The notes beneath the pieces were generated by a model. The model saw nothing but the letters and a program-made list of their open reading frames with translations. It was not told the origin of the DNA and ran no database searches. A DNA stretch of 64,000 nt from a virus: IMG/VR virus record IMGVR_UViG_3300027805_000008, positions 1 to 64,000 of that record; one strand, 5' to 3'. Positions 43,310 to 55,046 of this stretch are shown in pieces. The translations under genes were made by a program, and so were the position numbers. Every line of letters starts with the position of its first letter. Position 1 is the stretch's first letter.

Positions 43310-43813
43310 ATGTCTATGTATTTACCCAGAGGTTCGGTTTTAAATGTAGAAGCAAAAGATCTTCTTGCCACACCGCAAGGTGCTGTAAAGGTTTGGAATA
43401 AAATTACCGAGCATAATAGATCAGATATTAGTATTTCTATAGAAAGAATTGAAAGATCAGTTAGAACATCTAATGGAACACTAAGAAAAAATCACATTGC
43501 TGATAAAAGAAGATTCTCAATGTCATGGACAATGCTTCCTTCTTATAGAAATTTAACAGTGGATGGTGGATGGGGAGCAGAAGATTTAAGATCTTTTTAC
43601 TTAAGCGACGACGGTAAAAAAGAATTTAATATTAGAATTAACTTGGCAAAGAGCGGAACAGATACATCCTCATCTGGTGCTTTATATACGCCAACTATGG
43701 CAAATACATCATCAGAATTATATACCGTAGTATTTGGAGGCTGTAATTTTTCAGTTGTAAAACGTGGTCTACAGCCACACTGGAATGTTTCTATTGAACT
43801 GGAAGAAGTATAA
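43310..43813 (+). CDS. distal tail (Dit-like) protein
   Basis: directly after TMP; RT.NGTLR..K..F..SW.MLP..IELEEV. Confidence 0.65.
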   Translation: MSMYLPRGSVLNVEAKDLLATPQGAVKVWNKITEHNRSDISISIERIERSVRTSNGTLRKNHIADKRRFSMSWTMLPSYRNLTVDGGWGAEDLRSFYLSDDGKKEFNIRINLAKSGTDTSSSGALYTPTMANTSSELYTVVFGGCNFSVVKRGLQPHWNVSIELEEV

Positions 43814-46800
43814 TGATTTCATCTCCAACGGTTAAAACTTTACTAGAAGAAAATACCACAATCCAAACTAATGTGGGCTGTACTATCGAATACAATATGA
43901 ATTCAATGGTGGATAATATTTCTGTCACTGGAACAGATTATGTTAGATCAGATGGGGCTAAGCCTTATCAAAAACTTTTTCCAGCATCTTCTGTGGTTAA
44001 GCCATTTAGACCTTTAGGGGCTGGAGTCAAGTATGGAATATTTGGAGACGTATCTTTAAATACTTGGAAAGATCCTAAAAAGATAGAATACCCATTAAAT
44101 TTTAGAACTTATTATCCTGGAACAGAAACCTATTATAAGTATTGGGTATCTCAAAAAGGTGTTGGAGCAAATATAGCAATATCATACCCGCAAGCGGTTT
44201 TAACAAATAAAATTGTTGTTAGATTTGAAATATCTCACTCTATTCCTGCAACATGGACTGTGTATAAACAAGGAGATATAGTTCTTGCAACAGGCACAAG
44301 TGCTGCTATAAAACCCTTTACAACTAATGGAATAAAAAACTATGACGCTGGAACACTAACTCTTTATTATAATGGCACGGCATGGGTAACTACAGAGCCT
44401 ACAGCAATTGCAACACCAGTATCTATAACAGGATTAAAGCTAGTAACATCAGGTGTTAATACGCCTATTAGGACGGCCCCTGAAATTAGCGGTTCTCATG
44501 TTGCAGTAATTGAGATTTCCCCTAGATGGGTAGCTGATTTAACAGATCATATAGTTGGATTTTCTATAAATCAAGAATCTTCTACCAGCGCAGACGACAT
44601 TTTGCCAGTGGGAAAAGTTTCTGCTAACTCTTTATCTATGGATTTAGTTTCATATGAATCTTCTAGAAAAATTATTACATATGAAAAGGGCACGGCATTT
44701 GACTCTTCTAAATTATATATGTATAAGTCAGCAGAACTAAAGCCATATATAAAAGTTTATTATTCGGGAGCCCCATATACAGATTCAAATGGACAGCACG
44801 AGAGAGTCAAGCAGGGAGCTTTTTATATTGATAACTGGAGCACATCAGAGTTTGGAGATATTTCTTTAGACGCACTAGACGGGGCAAAGTACTTGCAAGA
44901 CATATCTTGCCCTGGAATGGTTTCAAAAGATTCTACTACAGTAGGAATTATTAGAAGGCTTTTAGACAATGTTGGATTTACAAATTATAATATAAACTAT
45001 AAAACTAATATTCTTACTGGAGCAATTACAGATACCTCTATTATAAGTCCCTTTTACTGGTGGACAGATGATGGAGAAAGTGTATGGAATGCAATCCAAG
45101 AGCTATGTAGAGACTCTCAAATGGTTGCAACATTCGATGAAAATAATATTTTACAGTTTTACACAAGAGACTACCTATTCTCTCAATCAACAGCTCATTG
45201 GAATTTTAAGTATTCAAAAGATGGAAATATTCTTCCTAATATAATTTCTTTTCAAAAAAGAGACCTTCCAGCAGTTAACCAAGTAAAAGTTTTATGGAGT
45301 CCAGTAACATCTAGCCAGCTCATTGGAGATGGACAGCCATTGTGGAAATCTGGATCAGCGTATTTAGGCGCATACTCTTTGGTAACAGATATCCCGTCTA
45401 GTACCAACGGCGGTGGTGCTGGAACAACAATTAGCTTAGTGCCAATAACAGTTAATCAAGACGTTAAACAAATTATATATAACTATGCTGGTTATTTGGT
45501 AATAGATTCTGAAATAATAGAGTATGATGCAATTGAGTATCAATATGTAAATCAACAATTAACTAGAACAAATATTTGGATCACCCAGTTCTCAGATTTG
45601 CAAAAAATTGCTAATGATATAACTACCTCGTTGCCAGCTAATCTAGCAATTGGGCAAACTGGAAGAATTCGAATAAAATCTAGAGGAGCATTTGGAACAA
45701 GCGCAGCTGCTCATGCAAGGACTGGTTCCGTAACTGGCTGGAATGGATTTGAGAATACCTTTAGGGCTAGCTCTGAAAATTTACAAGGTACAAGTACTCC
45801 ATCAAGTGTTTCTCATGAACCTGCCGCAGTTCCAGATATACTGTCTGTTCCTCCAACAGCTGAAGAAGAAAAGGTTGGAACGAAGCTTGTTCAAAAATCT
45901 TTATTTCAAATAACATCTAGCGGAGATCCTAGCCAAAAAAATAAGTACTCTGTTTGTGTAAAAAATATGGGAATAGCTAATTCTGGAAACTACTATAATT
46001 TTGGCACTGGATTATTTTTTAAAGGAACTAAAGATAATACTAGGGCATCTGGCGGAATTGGATTTTTTACAAGTCCAAATGGATTAGATGGCTACTATAT
46101 TAAACTAGAAACAACTAGCAATCTGGCAGATAGCGGATCAGATAGGCCATTATCAATTTTTAAAGTTAAAAATGGAGTTATTACTCCTTTACAAGATAGT
46201 CAGGAAAAAGGTAGCAATAAATCATTAGCATATTTAGCGCAAGGAATTTCTTATAAGGTAGATATGCGTATAAAAATTGAAAGTTCTGTTGTTGCGATAG
46301 ACGTTTTTATTAATAACTTTAGAATAACAGCAGTTGATGCAACAGATACAATTTCTCCAACAAATAATATTGCATTATTTTCAAATGCTAACTCAACATT
46401 TTTTGATTATGTATATTCTATTCCTCTAAACGAAGATCAATATAAAGATGGAATCATTGGAAGTCAGTATTCTGGAAGATTTGGATCAACAACTTTAGAC
46501 TTTTTATATGGAGATAAACTATCCAGTGGATTTGAAAACAGTGGAATCCCTGGAGGAGCCATTGACGAATTTGGAACGGTTGCTAGAGAGCTGCTAAAAG
46601 TAAATATTAAATATGACTCTAGGCCAGCTTTTCCAATAATTACCAGCCTAGGATTAAATCAATTCGTAGAGATGATTGGATATAGGCTCAATTCCTTCGG
46701 AGCAGAAGTATATGTTTTAAATAATGCTGGAACATTTATTCCCTTAGACGATTCTAGATTTGCCTCATTTAGTGTAATTGGTAATACACTAGTTCAGTCT

Positions 46801-47121
46801 GGTCAAAATGAATACTTAGATAAAACAATAAATGAGTTTACAGTCCCAGAGCAGGTAACATTTGAGTCTGTCTGGATTCAAAAAGAATCTGATGCTAAAA
46901 GCCTCTCTGATTGGATTAAGGCACAGTGGTCAAAAAAACAATCTGTATGTGAGCTAGAAATTTTCTCAAACCCCTTGATTTCTGTAGGAGATATTGTTAC
47001 AATTAACTACCCATCTAATAGTCTAGATGGAACACAAAAGTTTATAGTATCTAGCATTAATAATTCATTTGACGGGGGGCTAAGTACCAAAATAACAACT
47101 AGATCTATTTATAGTTCATAA
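43813..47121 (+). CDS. baseplate hub / minor tail protein
   Basis: WNAIQELC...FDENN.LQF, NPLISVGDIV; lectin-like insert. Confidence 0.7.
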   Translation: MISSPTVKTLLEENTTIQTNVGCTIEYNMNSMVDNISVTGTDYVRSDGAKPYQKLFPASSVVKPFRPLGAGVKYGIFGDVSLNTWKDPKKIEYPLNFRTYYPGTETYYKYWVSQKGVGANIAISYPQAVLTNKIVVRFEISHSIPATWTVYKQGDIVLATGTSAAIKPFTTNGIKNYDAGTLTLYYNGTAWVTTEPTAIATPVSITGLKLVTSGVNTPIRTAPEISGSHVAVIEISPRWVADLTDHIVGFSINQESSTSADDILPVGKVSANSLSMDLVSYESSRKIITYEKGTAFDSSKLYMYKSAELKPYIKVYYSGAPYTDSNGQHERVKQGAFYIDNWSTSEFGDISLDALDGAKYLQDISCPGMVSKDSTTVGIIRRLLDNVGFTNYNINYKTNILTGAITDTSIISPFYWWTDDGESVWNAIQELCRDSQMVATFDENNILQFYTRDYLFSQSTAHWNFKYSKDGNILPNIISFQKRDLPAVNQVKVLWSPVTSSQLIGDGQPLWKSGSAYLGAYSLVTDIPSSTNGGGAGTTISLVPITVNQDVKQIIYNYAGYLVIDSEIIEYDAIEYQYVNQQLTRTNIWITQFSDLQKIANDITTSLPANLAIGQTGRIRIKSRGAFGTSAAAHARTGSVTGWNGFENTFRASSENLQGTSTPSSVSHEPAAVPDILSVPPTAEEEKVGTKLVQKSLFQITSSGDPSQKNKYSVCVKNMGIANSGNYYNFGTGLFFKGTKDNTRASGGIGFFTSPNGLDGYYIKLETTSNLADSGSDRPLSIFKVKNGVITPLQDSQEKGSNKSLAYLAQGISYKVDMRIKIESSVVAIDVFINNFRITAVDATDTISPTNNIALFSNANSTFFDYVYSIPLNEDQYKDGIIGSQYSGRFGSTTLDFLYGDKLSSGFENSGIPGGAIDEFGTVARELLKVNIKYDSRPAFPIITSLGLNQFVEMIGYRLNSFGAEVYVLNNAGTFIPLDDSRFASFSVIGNTLVQSGQNEYLDKTINEFTVPEQVTFESVWIQKESDAKSLSDWIKAQWSKKQSVCELEIFSNPLISVGDIVTINYPSNSLDGTQKFIVSSINNSFDGGLSTKITTRSIYSS

Positions 47122-47137
47122 ATGGTATAATGAAAAA

Positions 47138-47545
47138 ATGGCATCATCAGATAAGAAAAAGCCTTCCGCAAGCAGTCAGCCAAATAGTGCTGCCCTGGTT
47201 ACAGTAGCTGGGTCAGAGCTAGATTTTTATACAAATTCAAATTATTTAGCCTATGAGCTACCTCAATATGCAGCAGCACAAAGGCTAGGCAAGCTAGGTA
47301 GCGATGATTTAGATGATGATTTAAGAGGAGATCCAGAAGAAGAAACGGGATCAGATGATGATGATACTGGTGATGAGGGAACTAAACAAAAAAATACTAG
47401 ACCAAGCCTTTCTGATATTGAGATAGTCTCAAACGAAGTAGTTTTTGATTCAGCAAATAATCCTACTGCAAAAGTAGTCTTTAAGGTTAAGAATAGTAGT
47501 GGTAAAGAATTAATGGCAGTGAATGTCAGAGTGGAGAAAAAATGA
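47138..47545 (+). CDS. acidic hypothetical tail-region protein
   Basis: leaderless ORF after TATAAT. Confidence 0.6.
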   Translation: MASSDKKKPSASSQPNSAALVTVAGSELDFYTNSNYLAYELPQYAAAQRLGKLGSDDLDDDLRGDPEEETGSDDDDTGDEGTKQKNTRPSLSDIEIVSNEVVFDSANNPTAKVVFKVKNSSGKELMAVNVRVEKK

Positions 47546-48468
47546 TAACTAAGTTTGGTAAAAGATTTTTAACAAGCTATTTAGCTGGCAGCGAGTCGTT
47601 TTTAAATAAGGAGCTAGCATTTGGTATTGGTTCTACTGCTCCCAATTTAAAGGGAAATGATACAAGGCTAGAATTTGAATTTTATAGAATACCAGTAGAG
47701 TTATCAAGTTTTAATATTTTGCAAAGCGGGGTAGATATAGACGGAGACCCAGTATTTAATTACTTTGTGACATACAAATCAACAATTCCACAAGACATAT
47801 CTGGTGTTATTTCTGAAATAGGTCTGTACCCTGGTGGTAGACAGTCTTTCAATAACTTTGACAGTAAGTTTATAACATCATTTACAAATGAGTTTAACTG
47901 GTTTGATGGATCAGTTAATCCTACTTCTCAGGCAAATACTCAAGATTCTAATGGAGCGTATACCTTTTTGTCAAAGGTAAGTGATAGCATGATACGGGTA
48001 GATGTTGCATCTGGGCAAACAAAAGAATATATTAATACACTTATATCGGATGATATATCTGGATATAGCATAAATGACACAATATCTATTGCGTATAAAA
48101 AAGCGGATAATAATGTTTCTAAGATTAGAGTAAAGTTTTATAGTTCTGATTTAGCGTATTACTATGTAGACTTTACACCACAATCTGGAACAGGAGATAA
48201 GATTCAAACCCTGTCTCTAAGCAATCTTTTTTCAAACTATACAGCTTCTCCAAATTTACCAGACCCGTCATCAATAATAAAAATTGGAGTTGCAACAACA
48301 GCAACTGGCGGCGCCACAACAGTCTATTTTGATGCCATTAGAATAAACGATGAAGACACATTTGATCCAGGCTATGGGCTAATTAGTAGATCTATTTTAT
48401 CAACCCCATTAATTAAAAAACCTGGTAGACCAGTAGATATAGAATATAAATTACAGTTGGATTTTTAA
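47542..48468 (+). CDS. minor tail/baseplate protein
   Basis: MITKFGK..AFGIG..DTRLEFE..ISEIGL. Confidence 0.65.
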   Translation: MITKFGKRFLTSYLAGSESFLNKELAFGIGSTAPNLKGNDTRLEFEFYRIPVELSSFNILQSGVDIDGDPVFNYFVTYKSTIPQDISGVISEIGLYPGGRQSFNNFDSKFITSFTNEFNWFDGSVNPTSQANTQDSNGAYTFLSKVSDSMIRVDVASGQTKEYINTLISDDISGYSINDTISIAYKKADNNVSKIRVKFYSSDLAYYYVDFTPQSGTGDKIQTLSLSNLFSNYTASPNLPDPSSIIKIGVATTATGGATTVYFDAIRINDEDTFDPGYGLISRSILSTPLIKKPGRPVDIEYKLQLDF

Positions 48469-51441
48469 ATGGGAGCATTAGACGCAGCTAATTGGGAAAA
48501 GTGGTACGGTAGTGGTGCCAACTATCCTGATGATCTAAATAAAGATAATAAGGTAAAAACTGGTCAAGACTATTTTACAATACCAGTTGTTAATTTAAAA
48601 ATTGACTCTCCTTATTCTTTTAATTTTCAATGGAAATATCCAGATGGAACTGTTGGCCCATGGTCAGATGGACTATCTTTAACAACAGCTGATATTCCAG
48701 CATTAACTGTTCCTAAATTTTTAAATACAGATTTAAGTTATTTTAATGGACAATTAATTATTACATGGAATGGCCAAGATGCAAATGGTCAAGCATACAC
48801 TAAGGCATTCGACAGAGTAAATGTATATATAAAAGATGAGACCATAATTGGTTCACCCTACAGACTTGTTGGATTTTTAAAGTCTGCTGGAACCATAAGA
48901 GTTGCTGTGCCACCAAGAGCGCATAGCGTGAAGTTAACAGTAGTTTCGATAGACGGATCTGAATCCGATTTTAGTACAGCACAATTTGAAACTCCTAAAT
49001 TAATTCCAAATACACTGCCAACTACAGTCACTGGTTCATGGGTTGGTACAAACTTCAGTGTTGCTTTTAATCACAACCCCGCAGAAGAATTTTTTAGCTA
49101 TTATAAAGTTACACTTACTGCTGGTGGAACCTCAAAAGTATTTGACTTAGCCGCAGTTCCAGGAACTTCATCTCAATCATTTACGCTTAGCCTATCTCAA
49201 AATAGAGCAGCATTTGGAGTTCCTCAAACATCATTTAGTGGATCAGTAAAAACTGTTAATATATATGGCAATGAAGGATCTGAAGTTACGTTTTCTGCAG
49301 TATCTTATGTTAACGCACTGCCAGCAGCTACAATTGTAGCAACTCCAATTAGTAATGGGTATAGCGTTTCATATACAAGTCCAGCGGATGCAACATTTAA
49401 TACAATTGAAATTGAAGAAGTTGAATCTTCTAGTTCTACAGCACCTACAACTGGATTTACAAAAATATTTTCTGGATCAAGCAATCCAGCAGTTGTTATT
49501 GTTCCAAATACAAATAAACGATGGGTTAGAGCAAGATTTTCTGACAATATTGGAAGCTATGGAGTATATGGAGCAGCCGTAGCCGTTACCCCAACAAGTC
49601 CTGTAGTTGTTGATAATGATGGGCCACCAGATGTTGACTCCGTAACAACTTCAGGTGGATTAGATACCAGTGGAACAGTAGGCTTTAATGGATACGCAGA
49701 TATATCTTGGCCTGCCGTAACAACTGGCGGAATTCGTGGATACAGAATTAGATATAAGGCAACAACCTCTTCAGTATACTCTTATGCAGACTCACCTGGT
49801 TCTGGAACATCATATAAATTAACAGGCTTAGGTGCTGGACTAGTATATGAAGTAGCCGTTGCCACATATGACGAGTATAACAATACCTCTTCTAATTATG
49901 TTGCTGGTTCTAATGTTACTGTAGGCGGAACACCGTATATTGCAAGTACAGTAGATGTTACTGGATACTTTAAGGCAAAAGCAAATCCTACAGATTTAGA
50001 TAGCACAGCATTTAAATTTGGATACGGAGTAGATACAGGCAAAAGAGGACTTGTATTTAATCCAAATAACTATTGGTATATAGATTCTAATCAATCTGCA
50101 TCATTAAAAGTCGGCGGAGCAACAACAAATTACATTGAGTGGAATGGTGCATCCTTTGTCATAGATGGAGATCTAAGGGCTAAAAAGGGATCATTTAGTG
50201 GAAACGTTAATATAGCAAGTGGTGCTTCTTTATATAGTGGAACACTAACTGGCAATACTGTTACAGCTACTGGAGACACTGGTGGATCTTTATCTGGTGC
50301 TGGATATATATTAAATTCTTCTGGGCTTACCTTTAGCTCATCATCTGTTTCTGGAATTACAACAATAGATGCAACTACTGGCCGATTAACAACTGCTAGC
50401 GCAAATATTGGTGGATGGGATGTAACGTCAAGCACAATTAACAAAACTTCTGGCAGTGGAACAGTAACTATTGATTCTTCAAATGCTCAAATAAGAGTTT
50501 CAAGTCCAACGTATACAGCTGGTATAGCTACTCCAAATACTAATGCTGCAACCGACATTGTATTTTGGGCTGGTGGAGCAAGAGATACAAATGCTAATTT
50601 CTATGTAAGGGCAGACGGAACAGTTGTCATGAAATCAGCTGTTATTACTGGATATGCATCTGATGCAACACTAGATACGTTAGCTAAAAAAGATATGAGC
50701 AACGTAACTACTATCGATGGTGGTAAAATAACTACTGGGCAAATTAAATCATCGAATCATGTAGTTGGAACAGTTGCACAGCTTCCATTTTCAGGAGCAG
50801 GAACTTTAATTGATCTATCAAATGGCTCTATAATTTCTCCTCAATTTTACCTAAATGGATCAACTGGAACGGCAAGCTTTAAGGGAACATTATCTGCTGG
50901 AATTTCAATTGACACCCCAACAATTACTGCGGGAACAATTACTGGAGCTACGGTCACAGTAACTGCTGCAATTACATCTTCTGGTTTACCTAGCACAAGC
51001 GATAGCTCACTATCTGAATCAAATGATACAAACCAAGATGGATCTACTAGTTACGTTGGAAATACTACATTCAATCCGATACTAACATTACAAAACGGCA
51101 AAATATCATCAAACAGTATAATGAGAATAGAGGGGTCTAGCTATACTGAAATTTTATCTGGAGGAACTCAGTCTGCAATGTTTGATTCAACTAGATCTGC
51201 GTTAAATTTTACAACTGGACTCTATCTTGGAAATCCCGCAACATCTTCTTCTGCAAACGTACAGAATCATAGCACTCCATATATAACTGTAGATGCTAGA
51301 ATGCGTTTGAGAAAAGGTGCTCCACTTTTATATCCAGGCGGAACTGCTGGAGCATATATTAGAAACATTTACATTAAACAAACAACAAGTACACCTGCCG
51401 CAACAACGGGGCATGTAGGCGACGTTTTTATTACATACTAG
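48469..51441 (+). CDS. tail fibre with fibronectin type III domains
   Basis: ISWP..GYRIRY..LTGL.AG.VYEVAVA; TTIDGGKITTG. Confidence 0.75.
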   Translation: MGALDAANWEKWYGSGANYPDDLNKDNKVKTGQDYFTIPVVNLKIDSPYSFNFQWKYPDGTVGPWSDGLSLTTADIPALTVPKFLNTDLSYFNGQLIITWNGQDANGQAYTKAFDRVNVYIKDETIIGSPYRLVGFLKSAGTIRVAVPPRAHSVKLTVVSIDGSESDFSTAQFETPKLIPNTLPTTVTGSWVGTNFSVAFNHNPAEEFFSYYKVTLTAGGTSKVFDLAAVPGTSSQSFTLSLSQNRAAFGVPQTSFSGSVKTVNIYGNEGSEVTFSAVSYVNALPAATIVATPISNGYSVSYTSPADATFNTIEIEEVESSSSTAPTTGFTKIFSGSSNPAVVIVPNTNKRWVRARFSDNIGSYGVYGAAVAVTPTSPVVVDNDGPPDVDSVTTSGGLDTSGTVGFNGYADISWPAVTTGGIRGYRIRYKATTSSVYSYADSPGSGTSYKLTGLGAGLVYEVAVATYDEYNNTSSNYVAGSNVTVGGTPYIASTVDVTGYFKAKANPTDLDSTAFKFGYGVDTGKRGLVFNPNNYWYIDSNQSASLKVGGATTNYIEWNGASFVIDGDLRAKKGSFSGNVNIASGASLYSGTLTGNTVTATGDTGGSLSGAGYILNSSGLTFSSSSVSGITTIDATTGRLTTASANIGGWDVTSSTINKTSGSGTVTIDSSNAQIRVSSPTYTAGIATPNTNAATDIVFWAGGARDTNANFYVRADGTVVMKSAVITGYASDATLDTLAKKDMSNVTTIDGGKITTGQIKSSNHVVGTVAQLPFSGAGTLIDLSNGSIISPQFYLNGSTGTASFKGTLSAGISIDTPTITAGTITGATVTVTAAITSSGLPSTSDSSLSESNDTNQDGSTSYVGNTTFNPILTLQNGKISSNSIMRIEGSSYTEILSGGTQSAMFDSTRSALNFTTGLYLGNPATSSSANVQNHSTPYITVDARMRLRKGAPLLYPGGTAGAYIRNIYIKQTTSTPAATTGHVGDVFITY

Positions 51442-51449
51442 GAATATAG

Positions 51450-54400
51450 ATGCCAATATACGCTAAGATAGGAAGCAGCACTTGGTCAACAAATGCCAAA
51501 AAGGTATGGGTTAAAGCAAGTGACGGTTGGAAGTCTGCCACAAGATTATTTGCAAAGACAGTTGCTGGTTGGGTTCAAATGTGGCCTGGAGATGCTCCAG
51601 CATCAAGCTTAACAGATCCAATTGATATAAGGCTTACTGGATACAATGGTCCAAGGGCAAGCAGTCCAGAATATATAAATACAGTGTTATATGGTAATGA
51701 TGGAACTATTACTGGCGCAACACCGATTACTGTAAATTCAAGAAGAATGAAAATATCTGAAGACAATACTGGAAATACGACTAGATATCAGCTAGAGACA
51801 ACAGATGTTTATAACTTAACCAGCAACTCTGAGACAAATATTGGTTTTAAAAGATTTATGGCTGATGGATGGTGGTTGTTTTACGAGCTTGTTGCCTCTA
51901 ACGTATGGTCTCCATTTCCTCCAGGAACTACTTTATATTCTCCAGCAATTAAAATCATAAAGCAGGCTCCAACATTTAGCGCAAACTCGCCGTCTTTATC
52001 GCAAGATTACTCAACATCAAATCCATTTTTTTCTTTAAGCTTTTCATTCAGCGACACTTGGTGGAAGTCAGCAGATCTTTCTAGGTCTTATATTAGGTGG
52101 TGGAGAAATACATCTAAGACTCCTGGCGGAACAGAAATAAAAACTACATATATACAAGATATATCTGGACTTTCAACTACTAGAAGTGGCGGGCAGTATG
52201 AAGAATATGACGGTCAAGGGACAACAGTAAGTGGGAATGATTATCACTCAGAGATCGGCGGTATTCCAGCAGGCCAATATATAATAGCTCAAGTTGTTTT
52301 AATTAATTCATACACTGATCACTATGGAGGATTCGTTTCTGCTTTTGTTTCTACAGGAGACAAACCATCAATAACAAGCCTTACAGTTACAGATGATAAC
52401 GGTAATGGCGTTGTTGATAATCAATCTCCTCCTAGAATTATGTCAGATGGTTGGTTAAACTTTACTGCAACTGTATCAGATGCATTGTCATCTACCTATT
52501 ATTTATTAGAGCCTAGAATGTATAACTGGGTAAATGGAAATACATATGAGTTTAATACGGCTAACATAATAGGAAGCACTTCATGGCCGACTGACCTTGG
52601 CCCATCATCTGTTTCATTAAATGGAACTACAGCAACTGTAACATGGAGAATATATATTGAGCCAACTACTATTTATAATATTGGAACTCCAACATATTCT
52701 GGTGGACAAGCCAGATGGCAATTTGAATTTAGAGTAAGTGCACGAGCATCTTCAACTTCAACAAATGCATCAGCTTCTTATTTTACTGGAATCGCATCTT
52801 TGGGTGCAGATACTGTATATATGCAGGGGCTAGATGTTCCAGCCATGGTTAATGTTCATCCGTCTTCAGCAATGACATTGAATGTAAGCACAACAACACC
52901 AACTTTTGGATCTTCTGTAACATTTTCTGGAACAACAGTAGGATATCCAACATCTACATATTCTTCTTTTCCAAGAAGATACCTTATAGATTATGGTGAT
53001 GGAACAAATAGCGGTTGGCAATTTTTTTCAACTGGAACAAGCAATCCAAGTTTTTCAGGAATAACTAAAACATATTCTAATTCAGGAACCTATATAGCTA
53101 CATTAAAATGGGAGCCTCAAGGAGATCCATCAAGAAGTACTAGATCTAGAGTTATTACTATGGGGGCAAATCTTGCTCCTCCTACAAGTACATCAATAGT
53201 ATCTGTAAACAGATTAACAGATACTGAAACTAGAGTTATAGTTTCTTCTTCTGGTGGAAGCGGACCATACTATCAAATGTATTGGCAGTCTGGATCTACA
53301 GCCCCATCAACTACAAATTATGACGCAGCATCTACAACAAGCACAGTAACAGAAGACTTTAGTTTTGCAAATGGAATTACCTATTATTTTTATATTAGAT
53401 CTTCTTCAGAAAATTTAGGAAACACAATTACAGGAGGAACAGCTACTGGTGGAACATATAGTAATTATGGGCCAACAACAGGGGCAGCATCCTATACGTT
53501 TGCCCAACCAACTGGAAGCGTTAGCGTTTCTCCATCATCTGGAACTGCAGGAACTACACAATTTACAGCAAATCCTTCAGTAAGCTCAGCTCCTACTGCA
53601 AATATATCATATCAATGGCAATTTTTTGAAAGTGCTACAATTGGATGGGTTGCAATATCTGGAGCTACATCTTCAACTTATACACCACCATCAAATTATG
53701 TTTCTTTATATGGGGCTTCTTTAAGGTGTCAAATAACTGCAAATAACGGCGTTGGAACCACTCTTACAACAGCATCTTCAACCGTAACTGTTGCTGCAGC
53801 AGCAACAAAACTTACTACCCCAACAAATGTTTCTGCATCAGATACTAGAACTGACGGAATTCAAGTCTCTTGGACAAATGTTTCAAATGCTGCAACATAT
53901 GGAGTCTGGTGGGGAGGAGCCCCCAGTTATGATAGTAGCCCAGATTTTGGTGGACCAAATAATAATGGCGGGGTATCTATTACGTCTTCACCATTTTTAG
54001 ATACTGCAGCTCCAGTAGGATCAAGAACATATTACGTTCAGGCTTTTCCTTCAACAGGTTCTACTACATTTTTAAAATCAGACTGGTCTGCTGGAGATTC
54101 TGGAACAAGGCTTGAAGCGCTAGCAAAACTTGCAACACCTACTGGAGTTAATGCATCAGATACTAGAACTGACGGGGTAAACGTTACATGGAATGCAGTT
54201 AGCGGTGCTGCATATTATGGAGTCTGGTATGGAGGAGCTCCAGGTTACGACTCTAGTCCAGATTTTGGTGGACCAAATAATCCTACTTTAATTACTGGAA
54301 CATCCTATCTTGATACGGCCATTGGTGCTGGAGTAACAAGAGACTATTATGTCCAGGCGTTTCGTTCTGGAAATCCAACAGGAACAAAGTCTGATTGGGG

Positions 54401-55046
54401 TGGTCCTAATTCTGGAACAAGGCTGGCCTTAGTAAGTATTCCATCTGGTGGATCGGTAACGCTAAATGGAGGAAATACTGTTGGAAGTATAATAACTGCA
54501 TCTACAAGCGGTTGGAGCGGTTCCCCTACATCATATGACGTGTATATAACAACAGCATTGTCTCCAAATACTCCTACTTCTGGAAGCTCTCGTGTTGCTT
54601 CAAGCGGTGGTGGAACATCGGCCTCGTATTCCATTACATCTGGAGATGCAGTTTCTCCAGTTAACGTATTTAGAGCATTTGCAACAGCAAGCAATAGCGC
54701 TGGAACATCTGGAACTGTTCAGTCTTCAAACACAATCACTACTCAGGCGGCTGTAACGGGAACAGCTCCTTCAACTCCAACTGGATTGAGTAATTCATAT
54801 TCATCTGGACCATCATGGACTGGATCTTGGTCTGCGTCAAGTGGTACGGCGACGATTACATATTTCTGGACACTATACCAGTCTTCTTCTAATGGAGGAG
54901 CAATTACTGCAACGGCAAGCGGAAATACAACTGGAACATCTTTTACAAGATCAATGTCAAGCGCAAACGGACTTTGGGCATACTTTACAGTATTTGCAAG
55001 CAACTCGTTTGGCACATCTGGAACGGCTACATCCCCATGGGCATAA
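51450..55046 (+). CDS. Ser/Thr-rich tail fibre/adhesin with PKD, Ig-like and FN3 repeats
   Basis: IDYGDG, YQWQ..ISGATSSTY, two tandem FN3 repeats. Confidence 0.75.
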   Translation: MPIYAKIGSSTWSTNAKKVWVKASDGWKSATRLFAKTVAGWVQMWPGDAPASSLTDPIDIRLTGYNGPRASSPEYINTVLYGNDGTITGATPITVNSRRMKISEDNTGNTTRYQLETTDVYNLTSNSETNIGFKRFMADGWWLFYELVASNVWSPFPPGTTLYSPAIKIIKQAPTFSANSPSLSQDYSTSNPFFSLSFSFSDTWWKSADLSRSYIRWWRNTSKTPGGTEIKTTYIQDISGLSTTRSGGQYEEYDGQGTTVSGNDYHSEIGGIPAGQYIIAQVVLINSYTDHYGGFVSAFVSTGDKPSITSLTVTDDNGNGVVDNQSPPRIMSDGWLNFTATVSDALSSTYYLLEPRMYNWVNGNTYEFNTANIIGSTSWPTDLGPSSVSLNGTTATVTWRIYIEPTTIYNIGTPTYSGGQARWQFEFRVSARASSTSTNASASYFTGIASLGADTVYMQGLDVPAMVNVHPSSAMTLNVSTTTPTFGSSVTFSGTTVGYPTSTYSSFPRRYLIDYGDGTNSGWQFFSTGTSNPSFSGITKTYSNSGTYIATLKWEPQGDPSRSTRSRVITMGANLAPPTSTSIVSVNRLTDTETRVIVSSSGGSGPYYQMYWQSGSTAPSTTNYDAASTTSTVTEDFSFANGITYYFYIRSSSENLGNTITGGTATGGTYSNYGPTTGAASYTFAQPTGSVSVSPSSGTAGTTQFTANPSVSSAPTANISYQWQFFESATIGWVAISGATSSTYTPPSNYVSLYGASLRCQITANNGVGTTLTTASSTVTVAAAATKLTTPTNVSASDTRTDGIQVSWTNVSNAATYGVWWGGAPSYDSSPDFGGPNNNGGVSITSSPFLDTAAPVGSRTYYVQAFPSTGSTTFLKSDWSAGDSGTRLEALAKLATPTGVNASDTRTDGVNVTWNAVSGAAYYGVWYGGAPGYDSSPDFGGPNNPTLITGTSYLDTAIGAGVTRDYYVQAFRSGNPTGTKSDWGGPNSGTRLALVSIPSGGSVTLNGGNTVGSIITASTSGWSGSPTSYDVYITTALSPNTPTSGSSRVASSGGGTSASYSITSGDAVSPVNVFRAFATASNSAGTSGTVQSSNTITTQAAVTGTAPSTPTGLSNSYSSGPSWTGSWSASSGTATITYFWTLYQSSSNGGAITATASGNTTGTSFTRSMSSANGLWAYFTVFASNSFGTSGTATSPWA
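53808..54430 (+). repeat. tandem 318-bp (106 aa) FN3-module duplication
   Basis: KL.TPT.V.ASDTRTDG..V.W..YGVW.GGAP.YDSSPDFGGPNN twice. Confidence 0.85.

Noticed and set aside
48469-55046. Diversity-generating retroelement targeting the fibres
   Set aside because: No reverse transcriptase is present, and the FN3 repeats differ at all base types rather than at adenines only
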